A DNA stretch of 64,000 nucleotides from an uncultured Pseudomonadota bacterium (GTDB taxonomy: Bacteria; Oederibacteriota; Muellerivitia; Muellerivitales; Muellerivitaceae), in assembly GCA_963843375.1 (NCBI GenBank), contig CAWJKT010000004.1, forward strand, positions 32,001 through 96,000, in the 5' to 3' direction. A model generated the notes under the pieces. The model did no database searches. It was not told the DNA's origin and saw nothing but the letters and a program-made list of their open reading frames with translations. This document shows positions 40,124 to 57,826 of the stretch, piece after piece; within the stretch, counting starts at the first letter, position 1, and each line of letters begins with the position of its first letter. A program made the position numbers and the translations under genes.

Positions 40124-40594
40124 ATGCTCGGACCGCAGCAAGCACCGCGCGTGCTGGCCGTGTATTTCGAGTATCACTGTCCGTACTGCCGCGCGACAGA
40201 CAAACTGCTACGGCCGCTCGCCGAGCGCAACGCTGACCTGCAGATCCTGTACCGGGAATATCCGATACTCCGCGAGGATTCGCAGCTCGCGGCGCGCATT
40301 GCACTTTCTGCGCAGATACACGGGCGCTTCTTCGAGACACACGATCGGCTCACGCATCTCTCCGGAGAGTTCACGGGAGCCGTGGCGACACAAATCGCAC
40401 GGTCGCTTGGCATTGAGGCATCGACTTCTTGACATGACATGGGAAACGAGCGAGTCAGTGCCGAACTGCGCAAGAATCTCGCGGACGGGGCCGCTTTGGG
40501 ACTTGATGCCACGCCGGCGTATGTTACGGCGCAGGGCGTGCATCAGGGCGAGATCGGCATGAAGCGGCTTCAATCGATGGTGGACGCCGCCTGA
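40124..40594 (+). pseudogene. DsbA-family protein, disrupted
   Basis: FEYHCPYCR, YREYPIL; premature stop at 40432. Confidence 0.7.
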
Positions 40595-40783
40595 GGATCA
40601 AACGCGATAGGCAAGTCCCCCCGCTTCGGCTACTCGGCGAGCGAGAGCTCGTGAGTCATTCGTCTCTCGAGCGGGCCATATCAAGGAAATTACCGCATCG
40701 CCCGTTGCCAGTGTGTCGACTCAATTCGACGCTCGCTGGCGGACGCAACGCCGTCGGCGCTGTTTTCGTGCGACACCTCATGC

Positions 40784-41884
40784 TCAATGCGGAATTCCGG
40801 TCCGCAATAGCATGTAGAGGGCAACACTGACTATGAGGGTGGCAAAGACGTACGTAAGCATTCGCCGCTGGCGTGCCAGCCGGAGCGCACAACGCAGCCC
40901 GAGCATGCCACCCAGCACACCTCCGAGGATGAACGGCAGGGCGATGCGCCACTCGATCAAGCCTGACAGCGCGTAATTGATACCTGCCGTCAGACCAAAG
41001 GCGCCGACAGAAAGCAATGAGGAGCCGATGGCGTTGAGAATCGGCATGCCGCTGCCGAACATCAGTCCCGGCACAATGAGAAATCCACCGCCGATGCCGA
41101 AGAACCCGGATAACAGACCCACCAGGAGGCCGATACCGCTGAGCCGTGCCGCGACCCGCGCGGTCAGCCTGACCTGCGGATCACCGGTCCCGGTGCGCGG
41201 CCAGAGCATGGCGGCGGCGACGCCGACCATGACCCAGGCGAACAGGAACAGCAGACTTTGGCCGTTGAGGAGCTTGCCGAGCGAGGATCCGACCGCCGCG
41301 CCGACGATGCCGGCGGTGGCAAAGACGCTGGCGCAGGGCCATTTGACGGTGCCGGCACGCCAATGGCCGGTAAGATTTGCGAGGGCATTGGTGCCAACCG
41401 CAAGCGCGCTGGTACCGATGGCAACGTGCGGATCGCGCACTCCGACCACGTACAACAGCAGCGGTACCGCAAGAATCGAACCGCCCCCACCGACCAGGCC
41501 AAGGGAGAATCCCACGCAACCGCCGCACAGGCTGGCCAGTGCGGCCTGTATCCCAAAGGTCGTCACGCTAGCCGCATCGAACGCGGTCCCACCGACCGTT
41601 ACGACCGGCAGCCGGCGCCCGACCAGGGAAGACTTCGGTCGGCGTATCCACGGCTGCAGCTCCTTCCTATACCGTTGGCGCGCCTCGTGCGCCGAGAGGC
41701 ATACTAACCGAATGACTCGCAAGGAGAACTGATCATGCGCCATCTTGCATCCCTGCTCGCTGCAACGGTATTTCTGGCCTCCGCCGCCGCAGCGGCCGAA
41801 GCGGACTTCTGGACGACGCCGGCGATCCCTGGCTACGGTAAGATTCATGCACTGCCGGACGCGGCTTACAGGCCCGACCCGCAC
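40784..41884 (-). CDS. TauE/SafE (TSUP) sulfite exporter family (true start near 41600)
   Basis: GLVGGGGSILAVP, GFFGIGGGFLIVP. Confidence 0.88.
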   Translation of the reverse strand: MRVGPVSRVRQCMNLTVARDRRRRPEVRFGRCGGGGQKYRCSEQGCKMAHDQFSLRVIRLVCLSAHEARQRYRKELQPWIRRPKSSLVGRRLPVVTVGGTAFDAASVTTFGIQAALASLCGGCVGFSLGLVGGGGSILAVPLLLYVVGVRDPHVAIGTSALAVGTNALANLTGHWRAGTVKWPCASVFATAGIVGAAVGSSLGKLLNGQSLLFLFAWVMVGVAAAMLWPRTGTGDPQVRLTARVAARLSGIGLLVGLLSGFFGIGGGFLIVPGLMFGSGMPILNAIGSSLLSVGAFGLTAGINYALSGLIEWRIALPFILGGVLGGMLGLRCALRLARQRRMLTYVFATLIVSVALYMLLRTGIPH

Positions 41885-42280
41885 AGCAGCTACCGGATCG
41901 TCTTCTCAGTGACTGCCGCGGGCAAGAGCCCCTCCGATGTCAATCCGGGACTGGACCATGTGGCGCGTGCGGTCAATCTGTACGTGGCCTCTGGGGTGCC
42001 GCTGTCGCACCTGAAGTTCGTTGCAGTGGCATCCGGTGCGGCTACCGCCCTGGCGCTGGACGATGAGCACTATCGTGCGCAGTTCGCCACGACAAATCCC
42101 AACCTGCCCCTGATCGCCGAGCTGCGCAAGGCCGGCGTTGATATCGCCGTCTGCGGCCAGGCCGTTGCCGAGCATCAGTACGACTATGCGTGGTTGGACA
42201 AGTCGGTGACACTGAGTCTGTCGGCGCTGACGACGATCACGACGCTGGAACACGCCGGCTATGCGCTGGTGACTTTTTGA
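41735..42280 (+). CDS. Exported DsrE-family protein
   Basis: NPNLPLIAELRKAGVDIAVCGQ. Confidence 0.8.
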   Translation: MRHLASLLAATVFLASAAAAAEADFWTTPAIPGYGKIHALPDAAYRPDPHSSYRIVFSVTAAGKSPSDVNPGLDHVARAVNLYVASGVPLSHLKFVAVASGAATALALDDEHYRAQFATTNPNLPLIAELRKAGVDIAVCGQAVAEHQYDYAWLDKSVTLSLSALTTITTLEHAGYALVTF

Positions 42281-42293
42281 TCCGCCGCGCGGT

Positions 42294-43316
42294 TTGAAGC
42301 ACATGCGATTGAGATCTGCAGCTGCTGGTGCGGGCCTGCGCCTGATATGCATGATCGGCGCGCTTGCGCTGGGCCTGGGAGATTTTGCGGCACCGGCACT
42401 GGCGGCGGAGGTTTCGGGCTCACCCGACGATGGAGTCTCACCGCCGTGGCAGCACGGTAGCAATAATGATGTGACCTCGCGCGGCGTCGAGTTCACCGTG
42501 CCGGATGCGGACAATCTGGCCGACTTCCATGGCGACCCGCAGCATCCGCTGCTGGTGCTGTATGTCGGAGGCAATTACTTTTTTGCCATAGCACCGCTGG
42601 TGCACGAGTTTGAGCGCCTGCACCACGAATACCTTGGCCATCTGTATTGGGAGACGCTTCCACCCGGGGTGCTGCTGGAGCAGCTGAAGGCAGGCGGCAC
42701 CATTACCGTCGGAAATATGAGCTGGACGATCAAACCTGACGTGTATCTGGCGGGCATGGAGGCGGTTCAGGGGTCAGTGGCCGAGGGAACGCTCGAGGCA
42801 CCGGCAATGCCATATGTCACCAATACGCTCACCATTATGGTCGCCCGTGGCAACCCTGCCCACATCCAGCGGCTGGCAGATCTGGCCAGCCCCGGCCTCA
42901 AGCTGGCCATGCCCAATCCGCAGTTCGAGGGCATCGCGCGACAGATCAAGCAGGCTCTGACGAAGGCTGGTGGGGTGAAGTTGGTGCAGGCGGTGTATGA
43001 GGACAAGGTTCGGGATGGCAGTACGCTTTTGACCCGGATCCATCACCGGCAGACGCCGCTTTGGATCATGCAGGGGCGTGTGCAGGCCGGCGTCACCTGG
43101 CAATCCGAGGCGCTGTTCCAGGCGCAGGCCGGATACCCTATCGACCAAGTCGAGATCCCGGCCTCCGATAACAGCACCGGTGTCTATGCCGGCGCACTCG
43201 TCAAAGGCGCTGCGCATCCGCGCGCCGCGCTGCTGTGGCTACAATTCCTGCAGTCGGCACCAGCCTTGGCAATCTTCGAGCGATATGGCTTCAAACCCTA
43301 TGCGAGCTCCCGCTAA
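42294..43316 (+). CDS. ModA-like oxyanion substrate-binding protein
   Basis: MVARGNPAHI, HHRQTP, AGVTWQSE, IFERYGF. Confidence 0.75.
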   Translation: MKHMRLRSAAAGAGLRLICMIGALALGLGDFAAPALAAEVSGSPDDGVSPPWQHGSNNDVTSRGVEFTVPDADNLADFHGDPQHPLLVLYVGGNYFFAIAPLVHEFERLHHEYLGHLYWETLPPGVLLEQLKAGGTITVGNMSWTIKPDVYLAGMEAVQGSVAEGTLEAPAMPYVTNTLTIMVARGNPAHIQRLADLASPGLKLAMPNPQFEGIARQIKQALTKAGGVKLVQAVYEDKVRDGSTLLTRIHHRQTPLWIMQGRVQAGVTWQSEALFQAQAGYPIDQVEIPASDNSTGVYAGALVKGAAHPRAALLWLQFLQSAPALAIFERYGFKPYASSR

Positions 43317-44886
43317 CTGCCTGCGCTCAAGGTTTCGGTGCCGAGCCACACTGATCGGGGCATGGGCGACCGCGCTGCTGGGTGTGGCGGCGGGTCATGC
43401 GGCTACCCCAAGCGGCGCTCGAATCGCTGCTATCGGAAATGGCCGCACGGTGCCGGCCTGTGCAACCTGTCACGGCCCCTCCGGCGCTGGCAATGCCGTA
43501 TTGGCATCCCCCCGACTGGCGGGATTGCCAGCGACCTACCTGGAGGCGCAACTGCAGGCATTTGCCCGCGGCCGGCGCACGAACCCGGTGATGCAGCCGA
43601 TCGCCCGGGCGCTTTCCGCCCGGGAAGCGCAGGCGGTATCAACATTTTATTCGCGTGAACCCGATACGGCAGCGGCTGCGAACGTCGGCATAGAAGCGAC
43701 GACAATGAATCGCGGCGAGCAGCTGGCGAATCGCGGCCGCTGGGCGCAGGAACTTCCGGCCTGCTTTCAATGTCACGGCCCCGGCGGCCTTGGGGTCGGC
43801 GCCGCCTTTCCACCCCTGGGACGACAGCCCGCCAGCTATCTTCAGGCGCAGCTGCATGCATGGCAGCGCGGCCTGCGGGATCCGGGACCCATGGGTTTGA
43901 TGGCGGCGATTGCCAGGCGGCTGTCCGAGACCGACGTCCAGGCTGTAGCGGCCTATTTCAGTGTAGGTGCGCCAACGCGTGCGGACATGCCGTTGTCGCG
44001 GGGATCGAACCCGCCACCGGAGGTGGGCGCGGTGTCGCCGCCCGGCCCGCAGCGAATCTTCAGTCCCCCTCCGGAGTCGACGATTCCGCCCGATGAATTC
44101 GGCGAGGTGGTTCGACGCGGCCGAGGCATCTTCGATGACCCGGGGCGCAACGCCGCCGCGTACGTTGGCAATAGACTGCGCTGCAGCAACTGTCACCTGG
44201 ATTCCGGACGCAAGGCGAATTCCAGTCCAATGTGGGCGGCCTACGTGGCCTATCCGGCGTACCGCGCCAAGAACCGGCACGTGAACACCTTCGCCGAACG
44301 CCTGCAGGGTTGCTTTGCCTACAGCATGAACGGCAAGGCACCACCCCTAGGCGATCCGGTGCTGGTGGCTCTGGAGTCGTACGCATACTGGCTTGCAACG
44401 GGGGCGCCTATTGGTCCGAATCTCACCGGTCGCGGCTATCCAAAACCGTTGCGACCCGCTGTGCCGGCGGATTACATCCGCGGCCAACGGGTCTACGGCC
44501 AATACTGCGCGCTGTGCCACGGTGCCGAAGGCGGTGGGCAGGACGCAGCGGATGGCAGCATGGTCTTTCCGGCACTTTGGGGTGATGGTTCATTTAACTG
44601 GGGTGCGGGCATGGGCGACATCGGCACCGCAGCCGCTTTCATCCAGGCCAACATGCCGCTCAGCCAGGCCGGCTCCCTCAGCGACCAGAACGCTTGGGAT
44701 GTGGCCACATTCATGGACAGTCACGATCGTCCACAGGATCCGCGCTTCAACGGTTCCGTCGAGTCGACACGCGCACAGTTTCACGACTCACCGGATTCGA
44801 TGTACGGCCACCAGGTGGCCGGAAAGGTACTAGGGGAATCCTCGCCCGCATCGGGCAGCCGCTTGTCGCCAAAACCTGCTGAATGA
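43300..44886 (+). CDS. Tetraheme cytochrome c, TsdB-TsdA thiosulfate dehydrogenase fusion-like
   Basis: CATCH and CFQCH (c4-like), CSNCH and CALCH, with ERLQGCFAYSMNG and SFNWGAGM. Confidence 0.8.
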   Translation: MRAPANCLRSRFRCRATLIGAWATALLGVAAGHAATPSGARIAAIGNGRTVPACATCHGPSGAGNAVLASPRLAGLPATYLEAQLQAFARGRRTNPVMQPIARALSAREAQAVSTFYSREPDTAAAANVGIEATTMNRGEQLANRGRWAQELPACFQCHGPGGLGVGAAFPPLGRQPASYLQAQLHAWQRGLRDPGPMGLMAAIARRLSETDVQAVAAYFSVGAPTRADMPLSRGSNPPPEVGAVSPPGPQRIFSPPPESTIPPDEFGEVVRRGRGIFDDPGRNAAAYVGNRLRCSNCHLDSGRKANSSPMWAAYVAYPAYRAKNRHVNTFAERLQGCFAYSMNGKAPPLGDPVLVALESYAYWLATGAPIGPNLTGRGYPKPLRPAVPADYIRGQRVYGQYCALCHGAEGGGQDAADGSMVFPALWGDGSFNWGAGMGDIGTAAAFIQANMPLSQAGSLSDQNAWDVATFMDSHDRPQDPRFNGSVESTRAQFHDSPDSMYGHQVAGKVLGESSPASGSRLSPKPAE

Positions 44887-44916
44887 ACGACTCGCCCGCA
44901 GCAGCACGCGCGCCAC

Positions 44917-45200
44917 TCAACCTGCAAGTTGCTTGCGGACAGACAACAACTCCCGGCGACGGCTGGCGGTCGACTTCGGGTAGCTCATATTCAGCGCGTC
45001 GAACGCATCGAGTACGATTCTCGATACATTGAGCCTCGCGTTCCTTTTGTCATCCGCTGGCACGATGTACCAGGGCGCGTCCCGCGTACTCGTGGCACTC
45101 AGGCGCGCCTCGTACGCCTTCATGTAGTGCTCCCAATAGCTCCTCTCCTTGATGTCCGCAAGGCTGAATTTCCAATTCTTCTCCGGTTCATCGACACGGC
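44917..45200 (-). pseudogene. C-terminal fragment of polyphosphate kinase 2
   Basis: [16 protein letters not shown]...[11 protein letters not shown]. Confidence 0.75.
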
Positions 45201-45241
45201 TTTGTAAGCAGCGTGGATCAGCCGCGGACTGTACCAGCGCA

Positions 45242-45598
45242 TTAGCGCTTCGAGCGCGACGCGGGCGCAGCCGCTCCGAGCATCTGCGCTTGGTAAGCAA
45301 AGTGCTGGGCCATCTGACCGCAGACCAGGTCACACAGCTGATAGACCCGCGGATCCGCGATCCGATAATAAGCATTAGTGCCTATCGCCGTACGCTCCAC
45401 AAAGCCGTAACGTGCAAGAGTCGCCAAGTGCTTGGAAACATTGGCCTGACTGCATTCCAGCAGCTCGGTGAGTTCCCCGACATTGTGTGCCTTATCACGC
45501 AACGCGTTCAGGATCTTCAGTCGCAAAGGTTCTGAGAGCGCCCGAAAGTATTCAGCGACGTGGCCCAAAGCTTGATCATCCAGCACTTTCAATGGCAT
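45242..45598 (-). CDS. ArsR/SmtB-family regulator
   Basis: [28 protein letters not shown]. Confidence 0.9.
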   Translation of the reverse strand: MPLKVLDDQALGHVAEYFRALSEPLRLKILNALRDKAHNVGELTELLECSQANVSKHLATLARYGFVERTAIGTNAYYRIADPRVYQLCDLVCGQMAQHFAYQAQMLGAAAPASRSKR

Positions 45599-45697
45599 GC
45601 ACCCCCGCTTGCGAGCATCGACCATAGGTTACCTTTGATTTCTGTTTGCGTCCATCACTATATAGCGATATATTAATCAATAAATGGAGCGGGTGCA

Positions 45698-46702
45698 ATG
45701 AAAGCTGCGTTAGCATTCCTTATTGCGGGAATCCTAGGATCCATGGCGGCGGCAGCGGAAGGGTTCGCAACCTATCCCGTGAGCTCCCGGTCGGAAGGTG
45801 CCTCCTTTACCGCGACTGGTACCGTGGAGGCCGTTCGCCAGGGGACTCTCGCCTCCCAAGTGTCGGGCCGTATCACTGAGGTGCGGGTCCGAAATGGGGA
45901 TGAGGTTGAAGCCGGCCAACCACTCATCCAGATCGAGGTGGGTGACTCTGCGGATACCGTCGCTGCGAGCGCAGCGGCCGCGAGTGGCGCCGCCGCGCGG
46001 CTCGTCAGTGCGCGTGCGGACTTTGAACGGGCACAGCGTCTTCAAGCGCAGGATTACCTGAGCGTGGCTGCGCTGCAGCGCGCGCACGCCGTACTGCGTT
46101 CGGCCGAGGCGGAGGCAGCAGCCGCCGAGGCGCAGGCGAGGGCCGCGCGGACCCGTGCCGCCTGGCACTCGGTGCAGGCCCCGTATGCGGGCCGAGTGAC
46201 GGATCTGTGGGTGAGCGCCGGGGATCTGGCCACACCCGGCAAGCCACTGCTCGGTCTTTACAATCCGACGGCGCTGCGAGTCGTTGCACAGGTACCGGAA
46301 TCAATGGCCACGCAGGTGCAGACCAGCATGCCGGCGCAACTGCGGGTCGGTGAATCCGCGCTCATCACGATTGCCACGTGGCGGCTGATTCCCGCCGTGG
46401 ATCCCGTGACGCACAGCGTGGAGGTCCGGGCGGAATTGCCGCCCGGCAGCGGCCTCGAACCCGGCCAATTCGTCAATCTTCTGCTCCCGCTACACGGCGC
46501 CACCGCGGAGATTCGAATCCCACTGAGCGCGGTCCTGCGGCGCAGCGAACTTGTCGGGGTCTATGTCATTGATGCCCAGGGTGTAGCACACCTGCGGCAA
46601 GTGCGCCTCGGCCCGGTGACGGGAAATGCCGTGACCGTCCTTTCAGGTCTAAAAAGCGGGGAGCGGGTGGCGCTCGATCCCGTGACGGCCGGGAGGCAGT
46701 AG
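45698..46702 (+). CDS. RND efflux membrane fusion protein
   Basis: SQVSGRI, APYAGRV, VLSGLKSGERV. Confidence 0.9.
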   Translation: MKAALAFLIAGILGSMAAAAEGFATYPVSSRSEGASFTATGTVEAVRQGTLASQVSGRITEVRVRNGDEVEAGQPLIQIEVGDSADTVAASAAAASGAAARLVSARADFERAQRLQAQDYLSVAALQRAHAVLRSAEAEAAAAEAQARAARTRAAWHSVQAPYAGRVTDLWVSAGDLATPGKPLLGLYNPTALRVVAQVPESMATQVQTSMPAQLRVGESALITIATWRLIPAVDPVTHSVEVRAELPPGSGLEPGQFVNLLLPLHGATAEIRIPLSAVLRRSELVGVYVIDAQGVAHLRQVRLGPVTGNAVTVLSGLKSGERVALDPVTAGRQ

Positions 46703-46710
46703 GTCACATC

Positions 46711-49923
<3,213 letters not shown>

Positions 49924-49927
<4 letters not shown>

Positions 49928-50136
49928 CATCGTGGCAACTGACTCGAGTTATGGCCGGATCCTTTATCTTGCTTTCGCTCGCTTTGGGCGTGCGCGGGAG
50001 TCCGATTTATCAAAGCACCTATTGGCTGTGGTTCACTGCGTTTGTTGGCGTGAACCTCCTGCAAAGCGGTCTGACGCGCTGGTGTCTGATGGAGCGGATT
50101 CTGCGCGGCTTTGGACTCAAAGCCAGCACCGAATGA
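49924..50136 (+). CDS. DUF2892 (YgaP-like) membrane protein
   Basis: FTAFVGVNLLQSGLTRWC. Confidence 0.8.
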
Positions 50137-50260
50137 TCGAGGCACAGAGTACTCCAGCATGAAACTCCTCTGTCCCGTCATCCTTGATCTCCCATTGCGC
50201 AGCGGCGGCGCGGTCTGCGGGCGTATTCGCATGCCCCGGGAGTCGCGCGGATCGCGCAGA

Positions 50261-52957
<2,697 letters not shown>

Positions 52958-52962
52958 GGCGG

Positions 52963-53232
52963 GTGGCCTGTCATGCGATGGCTGCAAATAATTCGCGCGA
53001 CCTTGATCAAGGGCGTACAGGTCAGGCAATGAAAGTAGTTCAGGAAAAGGGTGGGCGAGCTTTGAAAAGCCGGTACGCGCGCGACATCACGCTGGCTTTG
53101 GGCATCAAGCTTGCGCTGCTCACGGCTTTGGTGGCGCTGTTTTCCCGCGCTGCTTCTCATCCGGCCAGTGATGCTGCAGCGACGGCCGCAGCGGTGGCGG
53201 GCGTTGCCCGGGATGGAGGGTCGAGCCCATGA
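52963..53232 (+). CDS. Small membrane protein preceding cydA
   Basis: DITLALGIKLALL single TM; ATGA overlap with cydA; start uncertain. Confidence 0.55.
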   Translation: MACHAMAANNSRDLDQGRTGQAMKVVQEKGGRALKSRYARDITLALGIKLALLTALVALFSRAASHPASDAAATAAAVAGVARDGGSSP

Positions 53233-54773
53233 CTGACACCACGCTGCTCGAGCTGTCGCGCTGGCAATTCGGCGTGACGGCAATGTATCACTTCCTGTTT
53301 GTTCCCTTGACCCTCGGACTGTCGATCCTGATCGCAATCATGGAGAGCGTGTTTGTCATGACCGGCCGCCCTATCTGGCGGGACATGACGAAATTCTGGG
53401 GCACGCTGTTTGGCATCAACTTTGCGATGGGCGTGGCCACCGGCATCACGATGGAGTTTCAGTTTGGCACCAACTGGGCGTATTACTCGCACTACGTGGG
53501 GGATATCTTCGGCGTGCCGCTGGCCATTGAAGGTTTGATGGCATTCTTCCTGGAAGCGACGTTTATCGGTCTGTTCTTCTTCGGGTGGGATCGGCTCTCG
53601 CGTCTGCAACACCTGGTAGTCACCTGGCTGGTCGCCATAGGCAGCAATTTGTCGGCGTTGTGGATATTGATCGCCAACGCCTGGATGCAAAACCCCGTAG
53701 GCGCGAAGTTCAACCCGGATTCGATGCGCATGGAATTGCAGTCCATCTCCGCGGTCATTTTCAACCCGGTGGCTCAGTCGAAGTTTGTGCATACCGTGAG
53801 TGCCGGCTACGTCACCGGTGCGATGTTCGTGCTCGCGATCAGCGCCTGGTTTCTGCTGAAGGGGCGCCATAAGGAGCTGGCCCGCCGATCCGCGACTGTG
53901 GCCTTGAGCTTTGGTCTCGCCTCGGCGCTGTCGGTGGTCGTGCTCGGGGATGAGAGCGGGTATACCGCCAACCAGCACCAGAAAATGAAGATCGCGGCCA
54001 TGGAGAGTATGTGGCACACGGAGGCGGCCCCCGCGCCCTTCGTGTTGTTTGGGCTGCCCGATGAGCGCAACCGGACCACGAGCGCCGAGCTCAAGGTGCC
54101 GTGGATGTTGGGGTTGATTGCCACCCGGTCAGTCGACAAGGAAGTGTCGGGTATCTACGAGTTGGTGGCCATTGCCCGCCAGCGCATCGAGAATGGCATT
54201 CCAGCGTATACCGCCTTGCGCACCTTGCGCGCCGATCCAGGCAATGCCGCGGCACGGACCCTGTTGGAGGCCCATGCCGCGGATCTGGGCTACGCCCTAT
54301 TGCTGCGTCGATATGTGGCGGACCCCGCACAGGCAACCTCGGCGCAGAAAGACCAGGCGGCCTGGGATACTGTCCCGTCGGTGGGCTTGCTGTTCTGGTC
54401 CTTCCGAATCATGGTGGGCCTGGGGTTCTTCTTCATTGCACTCTTTGCCTTTGGCTTCTATCAGGCCTCCCGCCGCCGCTGCGAGCAGCATAGGTGGTTC
54501 CTGAAGCTCGCGTTGTGGAGTCTGCCTCTGCCGTGGGTCGCCGCGGAAGTCGGCTGGTTCGTGGCCGAACACGGGCGGCAGCCGTGGGCCATCGAGGGTG
54601 TGCTGCCGACCTTCCTGGCCGTCTCCCCCATCGCGACATCCAATGTCGTACTGAGTCTGTGCGGTTTCGTGCTCTTCTACTCGGTGCTCGCGGTCATCGA
54701 TGTGTTTCTGATCGTCAAGTACATCCGACGGGGTCCCGCCGAGGAGTTGCAGGGGGTGCGTCATGGGACTTGA
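53229..54773 (+). CDS. cydA: Cytochrome bd oxidase subunit I
   Basis: [23 protein letters not shown]. Confidence 0.96.
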   Translation: MTDTTLLELSRWQFGVTAMYHFLFVPLTLGLSILIAIMESVFVMTGRPIWRDMTKFWGTLFGINFAMGVATGITMEFQFGTNWAYYSHYVGDIFGVPLAIEGLMAFFLEATFIGLFFFGWDRLSRLQHLVVTWLVAIGSNLSALWILIANAWMQNPVGAKFNPDSMRMELQSISAVIFNPVAQSKFVHTVSAGYVTGAMFVLAISAWFLLKGRHKELARRSATVALSFGLASALSVVVLGDESGYTANQHQKMKIAAMESMWHTEAAPAPFVLFGLPDERNRTTSAELKVPWMLGLIATRSVDKEVSGIYELVAIARQRIENGIPAYTALRTLRADPGNAAARTLLEAHAADLGYALLLRRYVADPAQATSAQKDQAAWDTVPSVGLLFWSFRIMVGLGFFFIALFAFGFYQASRRRCEQHRWFLKLALWSLPLPWVAAEVGWFVAEHGRQPWAIEGVLPTFLAVSPIATSNVVLSLCGFVLFYSVLAVIDVFLIVKYIRRGPAEELQGVRHGT

Positions 54774-55905
54774 GTTCGCGACCCTCAAGGTCATCTGGTG
54801 GTTGCTGCTGGGGGTGCTGCTCATCGGCTTCGCCGTGATGGATGGATTTGATCTCGGAGTGGGCATGCTGCTGCCATTCCTCGGGCGTAACGATTCTGAA
54901 CGACGGGTCATCATCAATACCGTGGGGCCTGTGTGGGAAGGCAACCAGGTCTGGTTGATACTGGGCGGGGGAGCGATCTTTGCGGCCTGGCCCGCCCTTT
55001 ATGCGGCGAGTTTCTCAGGTTTTTATCTGGCAATGCTGCTGGTGCTCGCGGCGCTCATCCTGAGGCCGGTGGGCTTCAAGTTCCGCAGCAAGATGCCGCA
55101 GGCCCGCTGGCGCAGTATTTGGGATTGGGCGCTGTTTGTCAGTGGGCTGGTCCCAAGCCTCGTCTTTGGAGTCGCGATGGGAAATCTCCTGGAAGGCGTC
55201 CCGTTCACCTTCGATTCCGAACTGCGTGCCACCTATGCCTTTGGGCTCTTTGACCTGCTCAACCCATTTGCGGTGCTGTGCGGCCTCGTCAGCGTCGTCA
55301 TGTTGGCGAGTCACGGTGCGACCTACCTTGCGATCAAAACGCAAGGGGACATTGCTGCGAGGGCCAAGGCGGCCTCCCGCCTCTTGGCGCTGTTGTGGAC
55401 GGGTTTGTTTGCTCTCGCCGGGCTCTGGCTATGGAAGAGCGGCTTCGGATTCGCCATTACGGCTGGAGCACTGCCGCAGGGTATCCCCAATCCCCTGGGC
55501 AAGACGGCGGTTCAGGCCGTCGGCGCGTGGCTGATGAACTATCAGCGCTGGCCCCTCACTCGGCTGCTGCCCGCGATCGGTCTCGCGGCTCCCCTGCTGG
55601 TCGCTGCGCTGGCCGGTATGCGCCAGCGACTCATCGTCTTCGTCGTGAGTGGTCTGGGCATCGCCGGCGTGATTGGGACGATGGGCGTGAGTCTGTTTCC
55701 ATTCCTGCTCCCGTCGTCCACATATCCTGGCAGCAGTTTGACGGTCTGGGACGCGTCGAGCAGTCAGCGCACGTTGGGCATCATGCTGATCGCCGTGATC
55801 ATCCTTCTGCCAATCGTGCTCGCCTATACGTCGTGGGTGTATCACGTGCTGCGCGGGCCCGTCACGGCGGCGCAAATTCACTCCAATCCGGACGGCAACT
55901 ATTAA
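54763..55905 (+). CDS. cydB: Cytochrome bd oxidase subunit II
   Basis: [17 protein letters not shown]. Confidence 0.96.
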   Translation: MGLEFATLKVIWWLLLGVLLIGFAVMDGFDLGVGMLLPFLGRNDSERRVIINTVGPVWEGNQVWLILGGGAIFAAWPALYAASFSGFYLAMLLVLAALILRPVGFKFRSKMPQARWRSIWDWALFVSGLVPSLVFGVAMGNLLEGVPFTFDSELRATYAFGLFDLLNPFAVLCGLVSVVMLASHGATYLAIKTQGDIAARAKAASRLLALLWTGLFALAGLWLWKSGFGFAITAGALPQGIPNPLGKTAVQAVGAWLMNYQRWPLTRLLPAIGLAAPLLVAALAGMRQRLIVFVVSGLGIAGVIGTMGVSLFPFLLPSSTYPGSSLTVWDASSSQRTLGIMLIAVIILLPIVLAYTSWVYHVLRGPVTAAQIHSNPDGNY

Positions 55906-55914
55906 GGAGGCAAG

Positions 55915-56046
55915 ATGTGGTATTTCACTTGGATATTGGGACTCGGATTGGCATGTACCTTTGCGATCCTGAATGCCATGTGGTTCGAGTTGGATGCGGA
56001 TCAGCGTGCCCTTGAACGACCCGCCGATGCGAAGAACGTTTCCTAG
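55915..56046 (+). CDS. cydX: Cytochrome bd subunit X (not in ORF track)
   Basis: MWYFTWILGLGLACTFAILNAMWFE after AGGAGG. Confidence 0.92.
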   Translation: MWYFTWILGLGLACTFAILNAMWFELDADQRALERPADAKNVS

Positions 56047-56202
56047 CTCTGTGCGACTGCGCTTAACCGAGCTCGTGACTATGAGTCACCACCCAAGCCC
56101 CGTGAAAACACTCGCAGCGGGTCAAAGTCATCCCGCACATAGGGAAGGAGGTATCGCGGCCTGGAAGACCGCGGACCTGCCCCTCATTGTGCACGGTACA
56201 GC

Positions 56203-56643
56203 ATGAAACCTTATCCGCACACGTACCGCGTCAGCGCACGCGGAGCAACCGCCGGCTCGGTTGTTGTGGCGTCCCAGGCAGTGCCCGATATTCAATCCGC
56301 GCCACCCCCGGACTTTGACGGACCCGGTGATGTGTGGCCGCCGGAAACACTGCTCGTTGCAGCCGTCGCGGACTGCTTCATTCTCACATTTCGAGGTGTG
56401 GCGCGGGCAGCCCATCTCGACTGGGAGCAACTCGAGTGCCACGTGGAGGGCATTCTTGAGCGGGTATCAGGTGTGACGCAGTTTTCCAACTTCTCAACGC
56501 GCGCTAAACTCACAGTCAAGGCAGGCTCGGATAGTGCGAAGGCGCAGGAAGTCTTGCAGCGCGCGGAAAAGGGTTGCCTGATCGTCAATTCGCTGCGCGG
56601 CGAGCGACACCTGCAGGCCGAGCTCATCGAGTCGGCGACTTGA
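56203..56643 (+). CDS. OsmC-family protein
   Basis: WPPETLLVAAVADC, AEKGCLIVNSL. Confidence 0.85.
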   Translation: MKPYPHTYRVSARGATAGSVVVASQAVPDIQSAPPPDFDGPGDVWPPETLLVAAVADCFILTFRGVARAAHLDWEQLECHVEGILERVSGVTQFSNFSTRAKLTVKAGSDSAKAQEVLQRAEKGCLIVNSLRGERHLQAELIESAT

Positions 56644-56907
56644 GTGGACCAGGGGCGTGCACAAAATTGCGAGGCGCTAAGTACTGAATCGCGAAAAACA
56701 GCATTCCGCCGTGGAATCGACAGAATATGGACGCATCAATTCAGGTGGAAGTCTTTGGTGTTGCCGCGATTGTGGGGTGGATTCTCGGCGGTTAGGCACC
56801 CCAAAGTGGTTAATTCCGGATTCCTGGCGCTTAACAATCGCGACGGTCTTGGTGGCACTGGGCATTGCACTGGTGCTGATGTAGCCAGCCCGGGCTTAGG
56901 AAAGTAC

Positions 56908-57603
56908 GTGAAAATTATAGGCCTCATCGGCGGCATGAGTTGGGAATCGACCGCTCTGTACTACCGTCAAATCAACGAGACGATCAAGGAACGCTTGGGC
57001 GGCCTGCATTCGGCCAAGATCATCTTGTACAGCGTGGACTTCCACGACATCGAGCGACTTCAGCATGCGGGTGATTGGGAGGCTGCGGGAGCCATATTGG
57101 CACAAGCGGCTCGTGCGCTAGAAGCTGCAGGCGCCGCTTTCTTGGTTCTGTGCACTAATACGATGCACAAAGTAGCCGCTCGTATCGAGGCTGCAGTCGC
57201 GATCCCGCTTTTGCACATAGTCGACGCAACCGCCGTTGAGATCAAGCAGTCCGGGTACTCAACCGTCGGCTTACTCGGTACGCGAATCACTATGGAGCAA
57301 GATTTCTATCGCGCCCGACTCACACAACGTCACGGCCTTCGAGTCATCGTTCCGGGGCCGGAAGACCGTGAGTCCATTCACCGCATCATCTTCGAAGAAC
57401 TGTGCCTCGGCATCGTCACGGCTGAGTCGCGCGCAGCCTATCGAAAAATCATCGGGACTGTAGCCTCACAAGGCGCGCAGGCGATCATTCTTGGGTGCAC
57501 AGAGATATCGCTTCTGGTTGATCAACAGGACTGTGAAGTTCCGCTGCTTGACACTACTTCGATACACGCTCGCGCCGCCGCCGAAGCTGCGCTCATGAAG
57601 TGA
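56908..57603 (+). CDS. Aspartate/glutamate racemase family
   Basis: GLIGGMSWES, LCTNTMH, LGCTEI. Confidence 0.92.
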   Translation: MKIIGLIGGMSWESTALYYRQINETIKERLGGLHSAKIILYSVDFHDIERLQHAGDWEAAGAILAQAARALEAAGAAFLVLCTNTMHKVAARIEAAVAIPLLHIVDATAVEIKQSGYSTVGLLGTRITMEQDFYRARLTQRHGLRVIVPGPEDRESIHRIIFEELCLGIVTAESRAAYRKIIGTVASQGAQAIILGCTEISLLVDQQDCEVPLLDTTSIHARAAAEAALMK

Positions 57604-57826
57604 CCCAAAACCCTTCGATCCAGCCTGAGATCATCGGGTCCGAAAATGAGCTCCCTGCTTGAACGCCGAACACGTGCCGCCGCCGTGCACCCCACCACCC
57701 TCGACCCAAACCGCAGCGCCCGAAGCTGCTGAGGGCAGTTGGGAATCTAGTATTAATCCTATTATTATAAATGTTGAAAAGGATAATGGATTTGGTATCA
57801 TCCCTTCCGATCCGTAGAACGGACAA